A stretch of 64,000 bases of DNA from Dehalococcoidia bacterium. GTDB lineage: Bacteria > Chloroflexota > Dehalococcoidia > DSTF01 > JACRBR01. The stretch covers positions 13,202 to 77,201 of the forward strand of contig JADMII010000012.1 of assembly GCA_015478665.1 (NCBI GenBank), in the 5' to 3' direction. The notes beneath the pieces were generated by a model, which was not told the origin of the DNA, did no database searches, and saw only the letters and a list, made by a program, of their open reading frames with translations. Within the stretch, counting starts at the first letter, position 1. Each line of letters starts with the position of its first letter. The position numbers were made by a program, and so were the translations under genes. Positions 31,088 through 41,983 of the stretch are shown here, piece after piece.

Positions 31088-32001
31088 GTCCGCTCCGCGT
31101 CCGCGGCCTTCACGGCATGCCCGCCGAACTCGTTGCGCAGCGCCGCCTGCACCTTCGCGCTGAACGACGCATCCTGGCGCGACGAGAAGCGCCGCATCAG
31201 CGAGAGCGTGATGATCGGCAGCGGCACATCCTGGTCGAGCGCCTCCTGGACGGTCCAGCGCCCCTCGCCGGAATCCTCCACGAAGCCGGCGATCGTTTCC
31301 AGCCGCGGGTCGCGCTCGAACGCGCGCTCCGCCAGATCGAGCAGCCACGACCGCACGACGGAGCCGTGACGCCAGACGTCGGCCACCTGATGCAGGTCGA
31401 TGGCGAAGTTCGACCCGGCGAGCAGCTCGAAGCCCTCGCCGTAGGCGGCCATCATCCCGTACTCGACACCGTTGTGCACCATCTTGACGAAGTGCCCGGC
31501 GCCACTGCGCCCGACGTGCGCGTAGCCATCCGGCGGCGCCAGCGTCTTCAGCACCGGCTCGACGAAGCCGACCGCGTCGTCCGAGCCGCCGACCATCAGG
31601 CAGTAGCCTTCCTTCAGCCCCCAGATGCCGCCGCTGGTGCCGGAGTCGACGTACTCGATGCCCTGCCCGGCGACGAGCGACGCGCGGCGCGTCGAGTCGT
31701 GGTAGTTCGAGTTGCCGCCGTCGATGAGCACGTCGCCCTTCGTCAGCAGCGGCAGCAGCTGCGCGATCGTCGAATCGACGGGGTCGCCGGCCGGCACCAT
31801 CATCCAGACGGCGCGCCGCGGCTGCAGCTCGTCGACGAGCGCGCCGAGCGACGCCGCGCCCGTCGCCCCTTCGGCCACCGACGCCGCGACCGCATCGGCG
31901 CTGAGGTCCGAGACGACGACGCGGTGGCCCCCGCGTAGCAGCCGCAGGGTCATGTTGGCGCCCATGCGCCCGAGCCCGATCATGCCGATGTCCATCGTCA
32001 T
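31084..32001 (-). CDS. gnd: 6-phosphogluconate dehydrogenase, short (~300 aa, decarboxylating) form
   Basis: IGMIGLGRMGANMTLRLLRGGH NAD(P)-binding start and 6PGDH-like body. The ATG overlaps the pgi stop (ATGA). Confidence 0.8.
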   Translation of the reverse strand: MTMDIGMIGLGRMGANMTLRLLRGGHRVVVSDLSADAVAASVAEGATGAASLGALVDELQPRRAVWMMVPAGDPVDSTIAQLLPLLTKGDVLIDGGNSNYHDSTRRASLVAGQGIEYVDSGTSGGIWGLKEGYCLMVGGSDDAVGFVEPVLKTLAPPDGYAHVGRSGAGHFVKMVHNGVEYGMMAAYGEGFELLAGSNFAIDLHQVADVWRHGSVVRSWLLDLAERAFERDPRLETIAGFVEDSGEGRWTVQEALDQDVPLPIITLSLMRRFSSRQDASFSAKVQAALRNEFGGHAVKAADAERT

Positions 32002-33692
32002 CCTCCCCGCACGCCGGCGCCTGCGACCGCGGACGCGACGGCGCGCCGCAGCATCGCGAGGCCGGCGTGCATATCGGCGCCGAGATGCACGCGGAGCGCC
32101 GGCCGACCGTGGTCGTGCAGCGCCTGCAGGTCGCCGATGGCCTGCGCGCGCTTCAGCTGGCCGAAGGTGTACGTCTGACCGGGGATGGCGATGTCATGAA
32201 GGTCGCTGGAGGTGACCTGCAGGAAGACGCCCTTCGCCGGGCCGCCCTTGTGCAGCTGCCCCGTCGAATGCAGGAAGCGCGGCCCGTATCCCAGCGTCGT
32301 CGCAACGCGCCACGTATCACGCACGTCGCGACGAACCGCTTCGAACGCGTCGTGCGCCGCCGCGTCCGCCTCGACGTAGGCCGTGATGGCGAAATAATCT
32401 CCGGGCGCGAGTTGCCTCAGCAGCTCCGCGATACTGCCCTCGACGTCCAGATCGACTGCTCCGGCGCCGGCGCGGACGGCGACCGGCGCGTCGCCCAGGC
32501 CGGCGACGTCGAGCGTCTGCGTCCGCGCCAAATCGGCGAGGACGCGCCTCGTGTTGTCCTTCGACTCCTGCACGTTCGGCTCGTCGAACGGGTTGATCTC
32601 CAGCACCCGTCCGGCGACGGCGACGGCGAACTCCCAGCGGAAGAACTCCCGCCCAAGATCGTACGGGTCATCGAGGTCGACCGTGATCACCGGCTGCCCC
32701 TCACCGAAGAGGGCGCCGGCGATCGCGTCGAGCTCCGCGTTGTCGCCGCCTTCCAGCCGCATCCGCACGAACGCGCGGTCGTCGGCGTAGTGCCGCGGCG
32801 ACGCGAGCGGCTCGCCCGCTACCGGTACGATGCCGGTGCCAAGCTTGCCGGTGCTCTCGGCGATCAGCTGTTCGACCCAGAGCCCGAACGCGGCGATCGC
32901 CGGCGTCGCGATGAAGGTGCACTTGTCGCGGCCGCCGCGCGCGAGCTCCCCCAGGGCGGCTCCGAGGCGCAGCGCGTCGCTGCCCGCGAAGCGTCCGGCA
33001 TCGGCCGCGCGCTTCGCCGAGTCGAGCAGCCGGGCGACGTCGACGCCAGTGGCGGCGGCGGGCGCCAGACCGAAGTACGAGAGCGCGGAGTAGCGGCCGC
33101 CGATGTCGCCCGGGTTGGTGAAGACGCGGCGGAACCGGTGCTCGCGCGCAAGGTCCTGCAAGGGCGTGCCGGCGTCGGTGATGGCGACGAAGTTGTCGCC
33201 CGCTGCGTCGCCCTTCGCCTCGGCGACGAGAGCCTGGAAGTACGCGAAGAGGGACAACGGCTCGAGCGTGGTGCCGGACTTCGACGAGACGAAGAACAGC
33301 GTCCGCGCCGGATTGATCTTCCGCGTGACGCCGAGGATCGTCGCCGGATCGGTCGTATCGAGCACATACAGCAGCGGCCAGCCGCTGCGATGCGGGATGC
33401 TCTGGCGCAGGACTTCCGGCGCGAGCGAGCTGCCGCCCATCCCCACCAGCACGCAGGCGTCGAACTGCCCGCGCACGTCTTCGCCGAACGCGCGCAACTC
33501 AGCGACCTGGTCGCGCATCCGCGACGCGACATCGAGCCAGCCGAGGCGGTTGGCGACCGACGCCTGGCGCGCCGCGTCGTCGCCCCAGAACGCCGGGGAA
33601 CGGGACCATAGCGCGGCCGGCGCGCCGGCGGCAGTCAGCTGCTCGATGCGCCGCTCGACGCCGCCCGCGTGTTCGCCGAGCTCGAACTTCAT
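31998..33692 (-). CDS. pgi: Glucose-6-phosphate isomerase
   Basis: PGI motifs are present (VLVGMGGSSLAPEV, FVSSKSGTTLE). The ATG at 33692 overlaps the tal stop (ATGA). The 5' portion of the track ORF is a shadow. Confidence 0.8.
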   Translation of the reverse strand: MKFELGEHAGGVERRIEQLTAAGAPAALWSRSPAFWGDDAARQASVANRLGWLDVASRMRDQVAELRAFGEDVRGQFDACVLVGMGGSSLAPEVLRQSIPHRSGWPLLYVLDTTDPATILGVTRKINPARTLFFVSSKSGTTLEPLSLFAYFQALVAEAKGDAAGDNFVAITDAGTPLQDLAREHRFRRVFTNPGDIGGRYSALSYFGLAPAAATGVDVARLLDSAKRAADAGRFAGSDALRLGAALGELARGGRDKCTFIATPAIAAFGLWVEQLIAESTGKLGTGIVPVAGEPLASPRHYADDRAFVRMRLEGGDNAELDAIAGALFGEGQPVITVDLDDPYDLGREFFRWEFAVAVAGRVLEINPFDEPNVQESKDNTRRVLADLARTQTLDVAGLGDAPVAVRAGAGAVDLDVEGSIAELLRQLAPGDYFAITAYVEADAAAHDAFEAVRRDVRDTWRVATTLGYGPRFLHSTGQLHKGGPAKGVFLQVTSSDLHDIAIPGQTYTFGQLKRAQAIGDLQALHDHGRPALRVHLGADMHAGLAMLRRAVASAVAGAGVRGG

Positions 33693-34832
33693 GCGGCGCT
33701 TGCCTGCCGGATCTTCTCCGCCTTCGCCGCCGTCGTCGCCGTGATCTGATCGAACGACTTCGAGAATGCCTCGACGCCATCGCGCTGCAGCTCGTCGGTG
33801 ATTTCCGTGAGCGAGATGCCCTCGGCCTCGAGGTCGGCGAGCACCTGGAGCGCACCGTCGTAGTCCGCATCGATCGTGCGGCGGACGACGCCGTGGTCGC
33901 GGAAGGCATCGATGGTCTGCGGCGGCATCGTGTTCACCGTGTCCGGGCCGATCAGCTCCTCGATGTACTTGACGTCGCTGTAGGCCGGGTTCTTCGTGCC
34001 GGTGCTGGCCCAGAGCGGCCGTTGGATGCGGGCGCCGGCGGACTGCAGCTTGCGGAAGCGCTCGCCGGCGAAGACCTCGCGGAAGCGGCGATAGGCAACC
34101 TTCGCGTTGGCGACGGCAACCGTGCCGCGCAGGCCTTCGAGCTTCGCCCGCTGCTGCGCGTCGCTGGCTGCGGCCAGCTTCGCCTCGATGCGTTTGTCGG
34201 CGCTCGTATCGACGCGGCTGACGAAGAAGCTGGCGACGGAGTTGAGACCCGCGATGTCCTCCCGCGCCTCGGCGCGCCGCTCGAGGCCGCGCAGGTACGC
34301 CTCCATCACGCGCTCGTAGTACTCGACGGCGAAGAGCAGCGTAATGTTGATGTTCACGCCAGCGGCGATGCACTCCTCGATCGCCGGGATGCCGGCGTCC
34401 GTCGCCGGGATCTTGACCATCAAGTTCGGCCGGTCGATCGCCTTCCACCAGCGCTTCGCTTCGTCGACCGTCGGCTGCGTCTCGAACGCCTTCTCCGGCG
34501 ACACCTCGATGCTGACGAAGCCGTCGCTGCGCGCCTGATCGAAGACCGGGCGCAGGATGTCGCAGGCGTGCCGAATGTCGGTGATCGCGAGCTGCTCGAA
34601 GAGATCGCGTGGCGGCACGCCCGTGCGCACGAGCTCGGCGATCTGCACGTCGTAGTCGTCGCCGGCCTCGATTGCCTTCTCGAAGATCGTCGGATTCGCC
34701 GTGACGCCGCGGATGCCGTCGTCCGCGACGTAGCGCGCCAGGCCGCCGTCCTCGATCATGTTGCGGCGGATGAAGTCGAGCCACGGCGACTGCTGCTGCT
34801 GCGCGAAGAGTTCCACCATCGGATTAGCCATT
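33689..34832 (-). CDS. tal: Transaldolase
   Basis: [16 protein letters not shown]...[12 protein letters not shown]. The ATG at 34832 follows AGAAGGAGAATATCA, and the rpiB stop lies inside codons 2-3. Confidence 0.85.
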
Positions 34833-35297
34833 GATATTCTCCTTCTCTCCGGTGTAGCGCGACTCGATCGCCAGCACCTTGTTGAGACGCCGCACGTGCC
34901 GTTCTTCGCCGGAGAACCGGGCGCCAACGAACGCGCCCACCAGCTCGATCGCCAGCGCCGGCCCGATCACGCGCGCGCCGAGCGTCAGGATGTTCATATC
35001 GTCGTGCTCGACGCCCTGGTGCGCCGAATACGTGTCGTGGCAGACGGCCGCGCGCACGGCCCGGATCTTGTTTGCCGCCACCGACGCGCCGACGCCGCTG
35101 CCGCAGATCAGCACGCCGCGCTCGCAGCCCCCGCCGCGCACGGCCTCGCCGGCGGCCTGTGCATAGTCCGGGTAGTCGACCGGCGCCTCGCTGTCCGTGC
35201 CGAGGTCGACGACATCGTGCCCGAGGCGCCGCAGCTCGTCGATGATCGGCTGTTTCAGCGGGAAGCCGGCGTGATCCGCGGCGACAGCGATGCGCAT
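34824..35297 (-). CDS. rpiB: Ribose-5-phosphate isomerase B
   Basis: [12 protein letters not shown]...[16 protein letters not shown]. The ATG overlaps the tkt TGA by 1 nt. Confidence 0.85.
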   Translation of the reverse strand: MRIAVAADHAGFPLKQPIIDELRRLGHDVVDLGTDSEAPVDYPDYAQAAGEAVRGGGCERGVLICGSGVGASVAANKIRAVRAAVCHDTYSAHQGVEHDDMNILTLGARVIGPALAIELVGAFVGARFSGEERHVRRLNKVLAIESRYTGEKENING

Positions 35298-37327
35298 CAG
35301 CGTCGCGCCCCGCTGAACTGCCCGACGAGCGCCAGCACGCGCTCCGTGACCTTGTCGGCCGTGAAGCCGAGTCGCTCCATCACCGTCTCTCCCGGCGCCG
35401 AGGCGCCGAAACGGCCGTCGATGCCGATGCTGTCGCCGCCATCGCCGACCCAGCGCTGCCAGCCAAGCGTCACGCCCGCTTCGACCGAGAGCCGCGCCTT
35501 CACCGCGGGAGGCAGGACGTCGTCGCGGTACGCCTGGTCCTGCGCTTCGAAGAGGTCCCACGCCGGCATGCTGACGACGCGCGCCCGCACGCCGCGCTCC
35601 GACAGCCGCGACTGCGCCGCGACGGCGATGCTCACCTCCGAGCCGCTGGCGATGATGACGGCGTCCGGCGTGCCGCTGCCGGGCGCGTCGCTGACGACGT
35701 AGGCGCCGCGAAGGAGGCCGCGCGCGCCGCCATCGGCCGTGCCCGCGAGCTGCGGCAGCGCCTGGCGCGACAGCGCGAGTAGCGTCGGCCCTTCGCGCTC
35801 GATGGCGACCTTCCACGCCATCACCGTCTCGTTGCCGTCGGCGGGGCGGATCACCGTCAACTCGGGGATCGCGCGCAGGGCCATCAGATGCTCGATGGGC
35901 TGGTGCGTCGGCCCGTCTTCGCCGAGGCCGATGCTGTCGTGCGTGAAGATGAAGATGCTGTGGTACTCGCTCAGCGCCGCCAGCCGGATGGACGGCCGGC
36001 AGTAGTCGCTGAAGGTGAGGAACGAGGCGCCGAACGGCAGCACGCCGCCGTGCGCCGCCATGCCGTTCACCGCGGCCATCATCGCGTGCTCACGCACGCC
36101 AAAGTAGATGTTGCGCCCGCCCGGCGCGTCCGCGCTCATCACGCCCTGGTCGCGCATGTCGGTATCGTTCGACCCGCCGAGATCCGCCGAGCCGCCGATG
36201 AGCAGCGGCACCCGTCCCGCCAGCGCGTTCAGCGCCTGGCCGGACGCCGCGCGCGTGGCGATCGGCTTGTCGGCCGGCGTGTACGCCGGCAGCGACGCAT
36301 CCCAGCCTTCGGGGAGGTCGCCGGCGAACGCGCGGGCCAGCGCCGCCGCCTCGTCGGGGTGGTCCTTCGCGTACGTTGCCAAGCGATCGTCCCAGGCGGA
36401 CTGCGCTTCGGCGCCGCGCGCGAGCGCCTCGTGGAAGTGCGCCAGCGCCTCATCCGGGACGAAGAAGCTCTTGTCCTCCGGCCAGCCGTAGAAGCGTTTG
36501 GCCGCGGCGACCTCCTCGGGGCCGAGCGGCGAGCCATGCGCCTTGCTGGAATCCTGCTTGTTGGGGCTGCCGTAGCCGATGTGCGTGTGCGCGACGATCA
36601 GCGACGGCCGCTCGTGATCCTGCTGCGCCATCCTCAGGGCGCGGTCGACCGCCTGAGCGTCCATCCCGTCGATGCGCTGCACCTGCCAGCCATAGGCCTC
36701 GAATCGCGTGCCGACGTCCTCCGTGAACGAGAGCGACGTCGGCCCGTCGAGCGAGACGAGGTTCGCGTCGTACAGGCAGATCAGCTTGCCGAGCTGCTGG
36801 TGGCCGGCGAGCGAAGCCGCTTCCGCCGCGACGCCCTCCATCATGTCGCCGTCGCTGGCCATCACGTACGTGTAGTGGTCGATGACGGCGGCGCCGTCGC
36901 GATTGAACGTCGCTCCGAGGAAGCGCTCCGCCATCGCCATACCGACGCTGTTCGCGAAGCCCTGGCCGAGCGGCCCCGTCGTCACCTCGATGCCCGGGAT
37001 GAGGCCGTGCTCGGGGTGGCCGGCGGTCGGGCTCTGCCACTGCCGGAACGACTTGATGTCGTCGAGCGTGATGCCCGGGTAGCCGGTGAGGTAGAGCATG
37101 CTGTAGAGCAGCATCGATGCATGGCCCGCGGAGAGCACGAAGCGGTCACGATCCGGCCAGGCGGGGTCGGCCGGATTGTGCTTGAGGAAGCGGTCCCAGA
37201 GCACATACGTCATCGTCGCCGCGCCCATCGGCATGCCGGGATGCCCGGAGTTCGCCTTCTGCACGGCATCGATGGACAGCGTGCGGATGGTGTTGATGCA
37301 CAGCTCGTCGAGGCGGGCGTCGGTCAT
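35297..37327 (-). CDS. tkt: Transketolase
   Basis: [27 protein letters not shown] and the TPP-binding regions; 676 aa. Confidence 0.9.
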   Translation of the reverse strand: MTDARLDELCINTIRTLSIDAVQKANSGHPGMPMGAATMTYVLWDRFLKHNPADPAWPDRDRFVLSAGHASMLLYSMLYLTGYPGITLDDIKSFRQWQSPTAGHPEHGLIPGIEVTTGPLGQGFANSVGMAMAERFLGATFNRDGAAVIDHYTYVMASDGDMMEGVAAEAASLAGHQQLGKLICLYDANLVSLDGPTSLSFTEDVGTRFEAYGWQVQRIDGMDAQAVDRALRMAQQDHERPSLIVAHTHIGYGSPNKQDSSKAHGSPLGPEEVAAAKRFYGWPEDKSFFVPDEALAHFHEALARGAEAQSAWDDRLATYAKDHPDEAAALARAFAGDLPEGWDASLPAYTPADKPIATRAASGQALNALAGRVPLLIGGSADLGGSNDTDMRDQGVMSADAPGGRNIYFGVREHAMMAAVNGMAAHGGVLPFGASFLTFSDYCRPSIRLAALSEYHSIFIFTHDSIGLGEDGPTHQPIEHLMALRAIPELTVIRPADGNETVMAWKVAIEREGPTLLALSRQALPQLAGTADGGARGLLRGAYVVSDAPGSGTPDAVIIASGSEVSIAVAAQSRLSERGVRARVVSMPAWDLFEAQDQAYRDDVLPPAVKARLSVEAGVTLGWQRWVGDGGDSIGIDGRFGASAPGETVMERLGFTADKVTERVLALVGQFSGARR

Positions 37328-37485
37328 GGTCGGCCCTTTCTTGCAGGCGCGATGATCTCGTCGACAAGGGGAAGAGGCGCTTGGGTGCAGCGTGATGGCG
37401 GAGGGGGCGCGGGCGCCGCATGGCGGGCTCGCCGGGTGCGGTCGACAGGCATCATGCCTCTTTCCGGTTGCGCGAGTTCCATCCC

Positions 37486-37496
37486 CAGTATAGCGC
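37486..37496 (-). promoter_or_regulatory. Candidate -10 element (TATACT) about 160 nt upstream of tkt
   Basis: The reverse strand reads GCGCTATACTGGGG. No strong -35. Position relative to the start of the seven-gene operon is appropriate. Confidence 0.2.
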
Positions 37497-37573
37497 GGGT
37501 AGGCCGAATCGCTGGCGCCGCGCGGAGGGCGACGAGGCTGCTCCCGGAACCGCGCCGGCGGTGGGCCGGGCGC

Positions 37574-37849
37574 CTAACCGAGGCGCGAGACGACGATGTT
37601 CGCCACCACCTCGAGCACGATAATCGCGATCAAGGGCGAGAGATCGAGCCCCAGATTCGGCATGAAGCGCCGGATCGGCTCCAGGATCGGCTCGGTGACC
37701 GCGTTCAGCGCCTCGATCAGCGGGTTGCGCGGGTCGATGCTAAACCAGCTGAGCAGCGCGCGGATGAAGATCGCCGCGATGAGCACCCAGAAGACCGCCG
37801 CGATCGCCTGCGACAGAGGACTATCGCCGCCCTGGGGCAGACCGAACAT
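37574..37849 (-). CDS. yggT: YggT family membrane protein
   Basis: A 91-aa protein with two TM segments and the YGGT-like sequence LIRALLSWFSIDPRNP. Confidence 0.65.
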   Translation of the reverse strand: MFGLPQGGDSPLSQAIAAVFWVLIAAIFIRALLSWFSIDPRNPLIEALNAVTEPILEPIRRFMPNLGLDLSPLIAIIVLEVVANIVVSRLG

Positions 37850-38650
37850 CTACGCTCCCAGCTCGCGCGAACGCGCGTAGGCCGCCATCACAGCCTCCAT
37901 GATAGCGCCGCGAATGCCGGCGTTCTCCAGCGCGACGATGCCCGCGGCCGTCGTGCCGGCGGGCGAGGTCACTTCGTTGCGCAGGACGGCCGGGTGCTTG
38001 CGCGTCGCCTCGGCGTACTGCGCGGAGCCGATGAAGGTCTGCAGCGCCAGCATCTCGGCGAGCTCGCGCTTGAACCCTACCTGGACGCCGGCATCGATGA
38101 ACGCCTCCAGCAGCAGGAAGACGAAGCCGGGGCCACTGCCGTTGAACGCGGTCGCCATGTCAAGGTAGCTCTCGTCCTCGACGTGCACCTCGCGGCCCAT
38201 GGCGCCGAGGATGGCGGCGATGCAGTCACGCGCCGGGCCATCGACCTCGGGCGTGGCGATCCAGACGCTCATTCCCTGGCCGATGGCGGCCGGCGTGTTC
38301 GGCATCACGCGCACGATCGCCGCGTGGCTGAGCGTGTGCGCGATTTTCGCGATCGGCACGCCGGCCATGATCGAGAGGATGGTCTGGTCGCGGCGGAAGC
38401 GGCCTTCGACGCGATGCGCCGTCTTCGCGAACTCCTGCGGCTTGACTGCGAAGATCACCAGTTCGGACGCGTCGACGACCTCGGTGAGGTCCGTCGTCGT
38501 GCGCACGTTGTAGCGGCTGCTGGCGGCGGCGCAGCGGTCGTCGTTGACCTCGGCGACGAAGACGTCTTCCGGCGCGACGACGTGCTTGGCGAGCGTGGCG
38601 CTGAGCAGCGCATCGCCCATGAACCCGCAGCCAACGAGCCCTACCTTCAC
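37850..38650 (-). CDS. proC: Pyrroline-5-carboxylate reductase
   Basis: MKVGLVGCGFMGDALLSA NAD-binding start and a P5CR C-terminal dimerisation domain. Confidence 0.85.
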   Translation of the reverse strand: MKVGLVGCGFMGDALLSATLAKHVVAPEDVFVAEVNDDRCAAASSRYNVRTTTDLTEVVDASELVIFAVKPQEFAKTAHRVEGRFRRDQTILSIMAGVPIAKIAHTLSHAAIVRVMPNTPAAIGQGMSVWIATPEVDGPARDCIAAILGAMGREVHVEDESYLDMATAFNGSGPGFVFLLLEAFIDAGVQVGFKRELAEMLALQTFIGSAQYAEATRKHPAVLRNEVTSPAGTTAAGIVALENAGIRGAIMEAVMAAYARSRELGA

Positions 38651-39357
38651 GTCTGCTCCCCTTGCGATCGAACCGCCACCGGCGGCCGCGCGCCGAACAT
38701 CGCTCGCCCCACACGCACCAGTGTCGCCCCTTCCTCGACCGCCACCTCGAAGTCGTCCGTCATGCCCATCGAGAGGTGCGCGAGGCCGATGGCGTCGCGG
38801 AGTCCGCGCAGCTCACGGAAGACCGCGCGCACGTCCTCCGGATTGTCGGCGCGTGGCGCCACCGTCATCAGCCCCACGAGCTCGAGATCCGGCAGCGCCG
38901 CGATGGCGGCGGCCAGCCCACCCACCTCGTGCGGCTCGACGCCGGCCTTCGTCGATTCGCCGGCGACGTTGACCTCGATCAGCACGCGCACCTGGTGCTC
39001 CGCATGGCGGCTGATCGCCTCGGCGAGGCGCAGCGAATCGACGGTGTGGAGTATATCAAAGGCATCCGCTGCAGCCGGCGCCTTGTTCGTCTGCAGGCGC
39101 CCGATGAAGTGCCACACCGGCGCCGGCGCGAGGCGGCTCAGCGCGTCGATCTTCGGCAGCGCCTCCTGCACGCGGTTCTCGCCGAAGTCACGCAGGCCGG
39201 CGTGGTACGCCGCGGCGACCGTCGCCGCATCGTGCGTCTTCGTGACGCCGATGAGCGTGACCTCGCGCGGCTCGCGGCCGCTTCGCTGGCAGGCAGCGTC
39301 GATCCGCGCGCGCACGGCCGCGATGCGGCCGGCGATCACGGCACCATCCGGCGTCAC
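38647..39357 (-). CDS. yggS: YggS-family PLP-binding protein (PLP homeostasis protein)
   Basis: VTLIGVTKTH (the PLP lysine) and alanine-racemase N-terminal-like fold; 236 aa. Confidence 0.8.
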   Translation of the reverse strand: MTPDGAVIAGRIAAVRARIDAACQRSGREPREVTLIGVTKTHDAATVAAAYHAGLRDFGENRVQEALPKIDALSRLAPAPVWHFIGRLQTNKAPAAADAFDILHTVDSLRLAEAISRHAEHQVRVLIEVNVAGESTKAGVEPHEVGGLAAAIAALPDLELVGLMTVAPRADNPEDVRAVFRELRGLRDAIGLAHLSMGMTDDFEVAVEEGATLVRVGRAMFGARPPVAVRSQGEQT

Positions 39358-40646
39358 GCGCTGCTCAGGGGCAGGCGCATCGTCACCGTGCTGCCCTTGC
39401 CCGGCTCGCTGCGAAACTGCAGCGAGCCGCCGTGCGCGTCCATGATCTCGCGTGCGATGGAGAGCCCGAGTCCGGTGCCGCCGAGCGCACGCGAGCGCGC
39501 CTTGTCGACGCGATAGAAGCGGTCGAAGAGGCGCGGGATCTCTGCCGTCGGCACGCCGACGCCAGTGTCGTCGACGCCGACGATCGCCTCGCCGCGCTCC
39601 TTCTGCGCGCGCAGGATGATGCGGCCGCCGGCGGGCGTGTACTTGACCGCGTTGTCCAGCAGGATCAGCAGCACCTCGCGAAGGCGCTCGGCGTCGGCGC
39701 GCACCATCAGCGCCCCGTCGACCACCGCATCGAACGTGAGACCGGCGTCCGATGCCAGGCGCGCCGCCGCGCGGCCGGCGCTTCGAGCCAGCTCGGAGAG
39801 GTCGACGCGCCCCAGCGACAGCTCGATCCCCTCCTGGTCGCTGCCCGCGAGCACGAGCAGGTCATCGAGCAGCCTGGTCATGTACTTCGACTCCGCCACG
39901 ATGTCCTCGACGGCGTCATCGTCGGGCGTGATCGCGGACAGCGTCTCGGCGTTGGTGCGGATCACCGTCAGCGGCGTGCGAAGCTCGTGCGACGCGTCGG
40001 CGACGAACTCGCGCTGCCGCTCGAAGCTGCGCCGCACCGGCCGAATGGCGATGCCGGCGACGACGAGGCCGCCGGCCGTCGCCAGCAGCAGGCCGACAAG
40101 ACCGCCGCTCGCCATGACGAGCGCCAGGATCCGCAGCGAGCGGTCGCGCGACTCGAGCGACTTACCGGTCTGGATGAAGCCGTCGAGCGCGCCCGAGCTG
40201 CTGTACACCGGCACGGTATGGATGCGCAGGTCGTGGCCATCGACGCGCGCCGAACGCCAGTCCTCGGCGCCGCTGCGCGCCTTGCTGATCGAGCCCTGGT
40301 CGGGCAAGCCGCCGAGCGGCACGTCGCCCGGGTTCGCCGCGATCGACCCGTTCGGGTTCACCAGCAGGATGAAGACGTCCGCGGAGCGGCCGAGCGCGGC
40401 GTTCGCGAGGACGCCGCGGATGTCGTCGCTGCTCAGGCCGATGCCACTCTGCTCGCCCTTGTCAGACGCCTCCGCCTGGTTGACGGCGGCGCGTGCCTGG
40501 TCGCTCACCTGCGCAACGGCGGCATCGACTTCGTCCGACAGCCGGCGGTCGACCCAAAAGAAGACGCTGACACCGATGACGACGAAGACGAGCGTGAAGG
40601 CGAGGACGTACCACGCCGTCAGCCGCCACCGCAGGGCCTCGAACAT
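39354..40646 (-). CDS. Sensor histidine kinase (TM-HAMP-HisKA-HATPase_c)
   Basis: Two TM segments, the H-box ADASHELRTPLT, and a G-box GGTGLGLSIAREI. Confidence 0.8.
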   Translation of the reverse strand: MFEALRWRLTAWYVLAFTLVFVVIGVSVFFWVDRRLSDEVDAAVAQVSDQARAAVNQAEASDKGEQSGIGLSSDDIRGVLANAALGRSADVFILLVNPNGSIAANPGDVPLGGLPDQGSISKARSGAEDWRSARVDGHDLRIHTVPVYSSSGALDGFIQTGKSLESRDRSLRILALVMASGGLVGLLLATAGGLVVAGIAIRPVRRSFERQREFVADASHELRTPLTVIRTNAETLSAITPDDDAVEDIVAESKYMTRLLDDLLVLAGSDQEGIELSLGRVDLSELARSAGRAAARLASDAGLTFDAVVDGALMVRADAERLREVLLILLDNAVKYTPAGGRIILRAQKERGEAIVGVDDTGVGVPTAEIPRLFDRFYRVDKARSRALGGTGLGLSIAREIMDAHGGSLQFRSEPGKGSTVTMRLPLSSA

Positions 40647-41331
40647 TTACGCCTTCAGCGTGTACCCCACGCCCCGCACGGTGCGGATGAGCTGGGTCTT
40701 GAACCCCTTGTCGATCTTGTTCCGCAAGTAGTGTACGTAGATATCGACGACGTTGCTCGCGAAGTCGCGGTCGTACTGCCAGACGTGGTCGAGGATCTGC
40801 GCCCGCGTCAGCACCTGGCCCTGGTGACGGAGCATCAGCTCCAGCAGCTGGAACTCCTTCACCGTGAGCTCGATCTCCTCGCCGTTCCGGATCGCGCTGT
40901 GCTTCGGGATGTCCAGCACCAGGTCCCCGGCGCGCAGGTGGCTGTTGCCGTTCGATGCGCGACCACCGCGGCGCCCGAGCGCCCGCACGCGTGCCAGCAG
41001 CTCGGCGACGGCGAACGGCTTCACCATGTAGTCGTCGGCACCGGCGTCGAGCCCCTTCACGCGGTCGCTGACGTCCGTGCGCGCCGTCAGCATCAACACC
41101 GGCATCTCGCTGCCGGCGCTGCGCATCTTGCGGCAGACGTCGAAGCCGTCCATCTCCGGCAGCATGACATCCAGCACGAGCACGTCGAACGGCTCCTCGC
41201 GCGCCGCTTCGAGCGCGCTGCGCCCGTTGCCGACGATCTTGACGGCGTGCGCCTCCTCCTCGAACACGCGCTTCACCGCCCGGGCGAGCCTCAGGTCATC
41301 TTCGGCGACAAGGATGTTCATGCCGGCGCAC
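40647..41331 (-). CDS. OmpR-family response regulator
   Basis: MNILVAEDD...VLVLDVMLPEMDG receiver and a C-terminal winged-helix (RTVRGVGY). The ATG at 41331 follows GAAGGGAGGTG. Confidence 0.8.
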
Positions 41332-41411
41332 CTCCCTTCAGCGGCCATTCTATACTGGTAAGATTGGACTTTCATTGGGCGATCATTGCGGCCAACACGC
41401 CGGCGCGCGGC

Positions 41412-41837
41412 CTACGCCGGACGGTGCAGCACGATCGTCGGCCGGCGAGCCTCATCGAAGCGCCCGAGCGCGCGCTCGCCGAGCGCCGTCAGCTCCGCCC
41501 GCGTGCGCGCGATGCCAACGAGCAGCGTCGCTGTCTCGACGCCCAGCGCGTCCTCCCCGGCCATGGCGATCTTCTCGGCCGCCGCATCGAGGAGCTTGAT
41601 GATGCCGGGGTACTCCCCGCGGGCGAGGTGGACGAAGGCCGCGGCGAGCTGGATCATCCCCTGAAAGAAGCGACGCTCGGGCCAGGGCGTCACCATCCAG
41701 AGGTCTTCCAGCGTCTCGTGCGATTCGAAGTAATAGCCGTCGTTGAACTCCTGGACGGCCTTGTAGAACTCGCCGAGCCGTGACGCCAGCTGCTCGTGCG
41801 TCAGGATCGGCTGGTTCCGAAGTGATCCCTCAGCCAC
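41412..41837 (-). CDS. DUF309 family protein
   Basis: FNDGYYFESHETLEDLW matches the DUF309 core. Confidence 0.55.
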   Translation of the reverse strand: MAEGSLRNQPILTHEQLASRLGEFYKAVQEFNDGYYFESHETLEDLWMVTPWPERRFFQGMIQLAAAFVHLARGEYPGIIKLLDAAAEKIAMAGEDALGVETATLLVGIARTRAELTALGERALGRFDEARRPTIVLHRPA

Positions 41838-41983
41838 CAGTCCTCTCGATCAGGCCGACACGGCGTCGACTACGTCGTGATGCTCTGCTCGCCGCGCAGC
41901 ACGACTGCCCTCGTGGGCCGCCGCCGCTGCGTGCGCTATTGTAACGCCGGACCCCGGCGTCGCGACCACGGAAGGGAGCATCG

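Noticed and set aside
35888-39445. 1185-aa plus-strand ORF spanning tkt, yggT, proC and yggS
   Set aside because: Antisense to four clearly recognisable genes. The absence of stops is a GC-content artefact, and the translation has no domain features.
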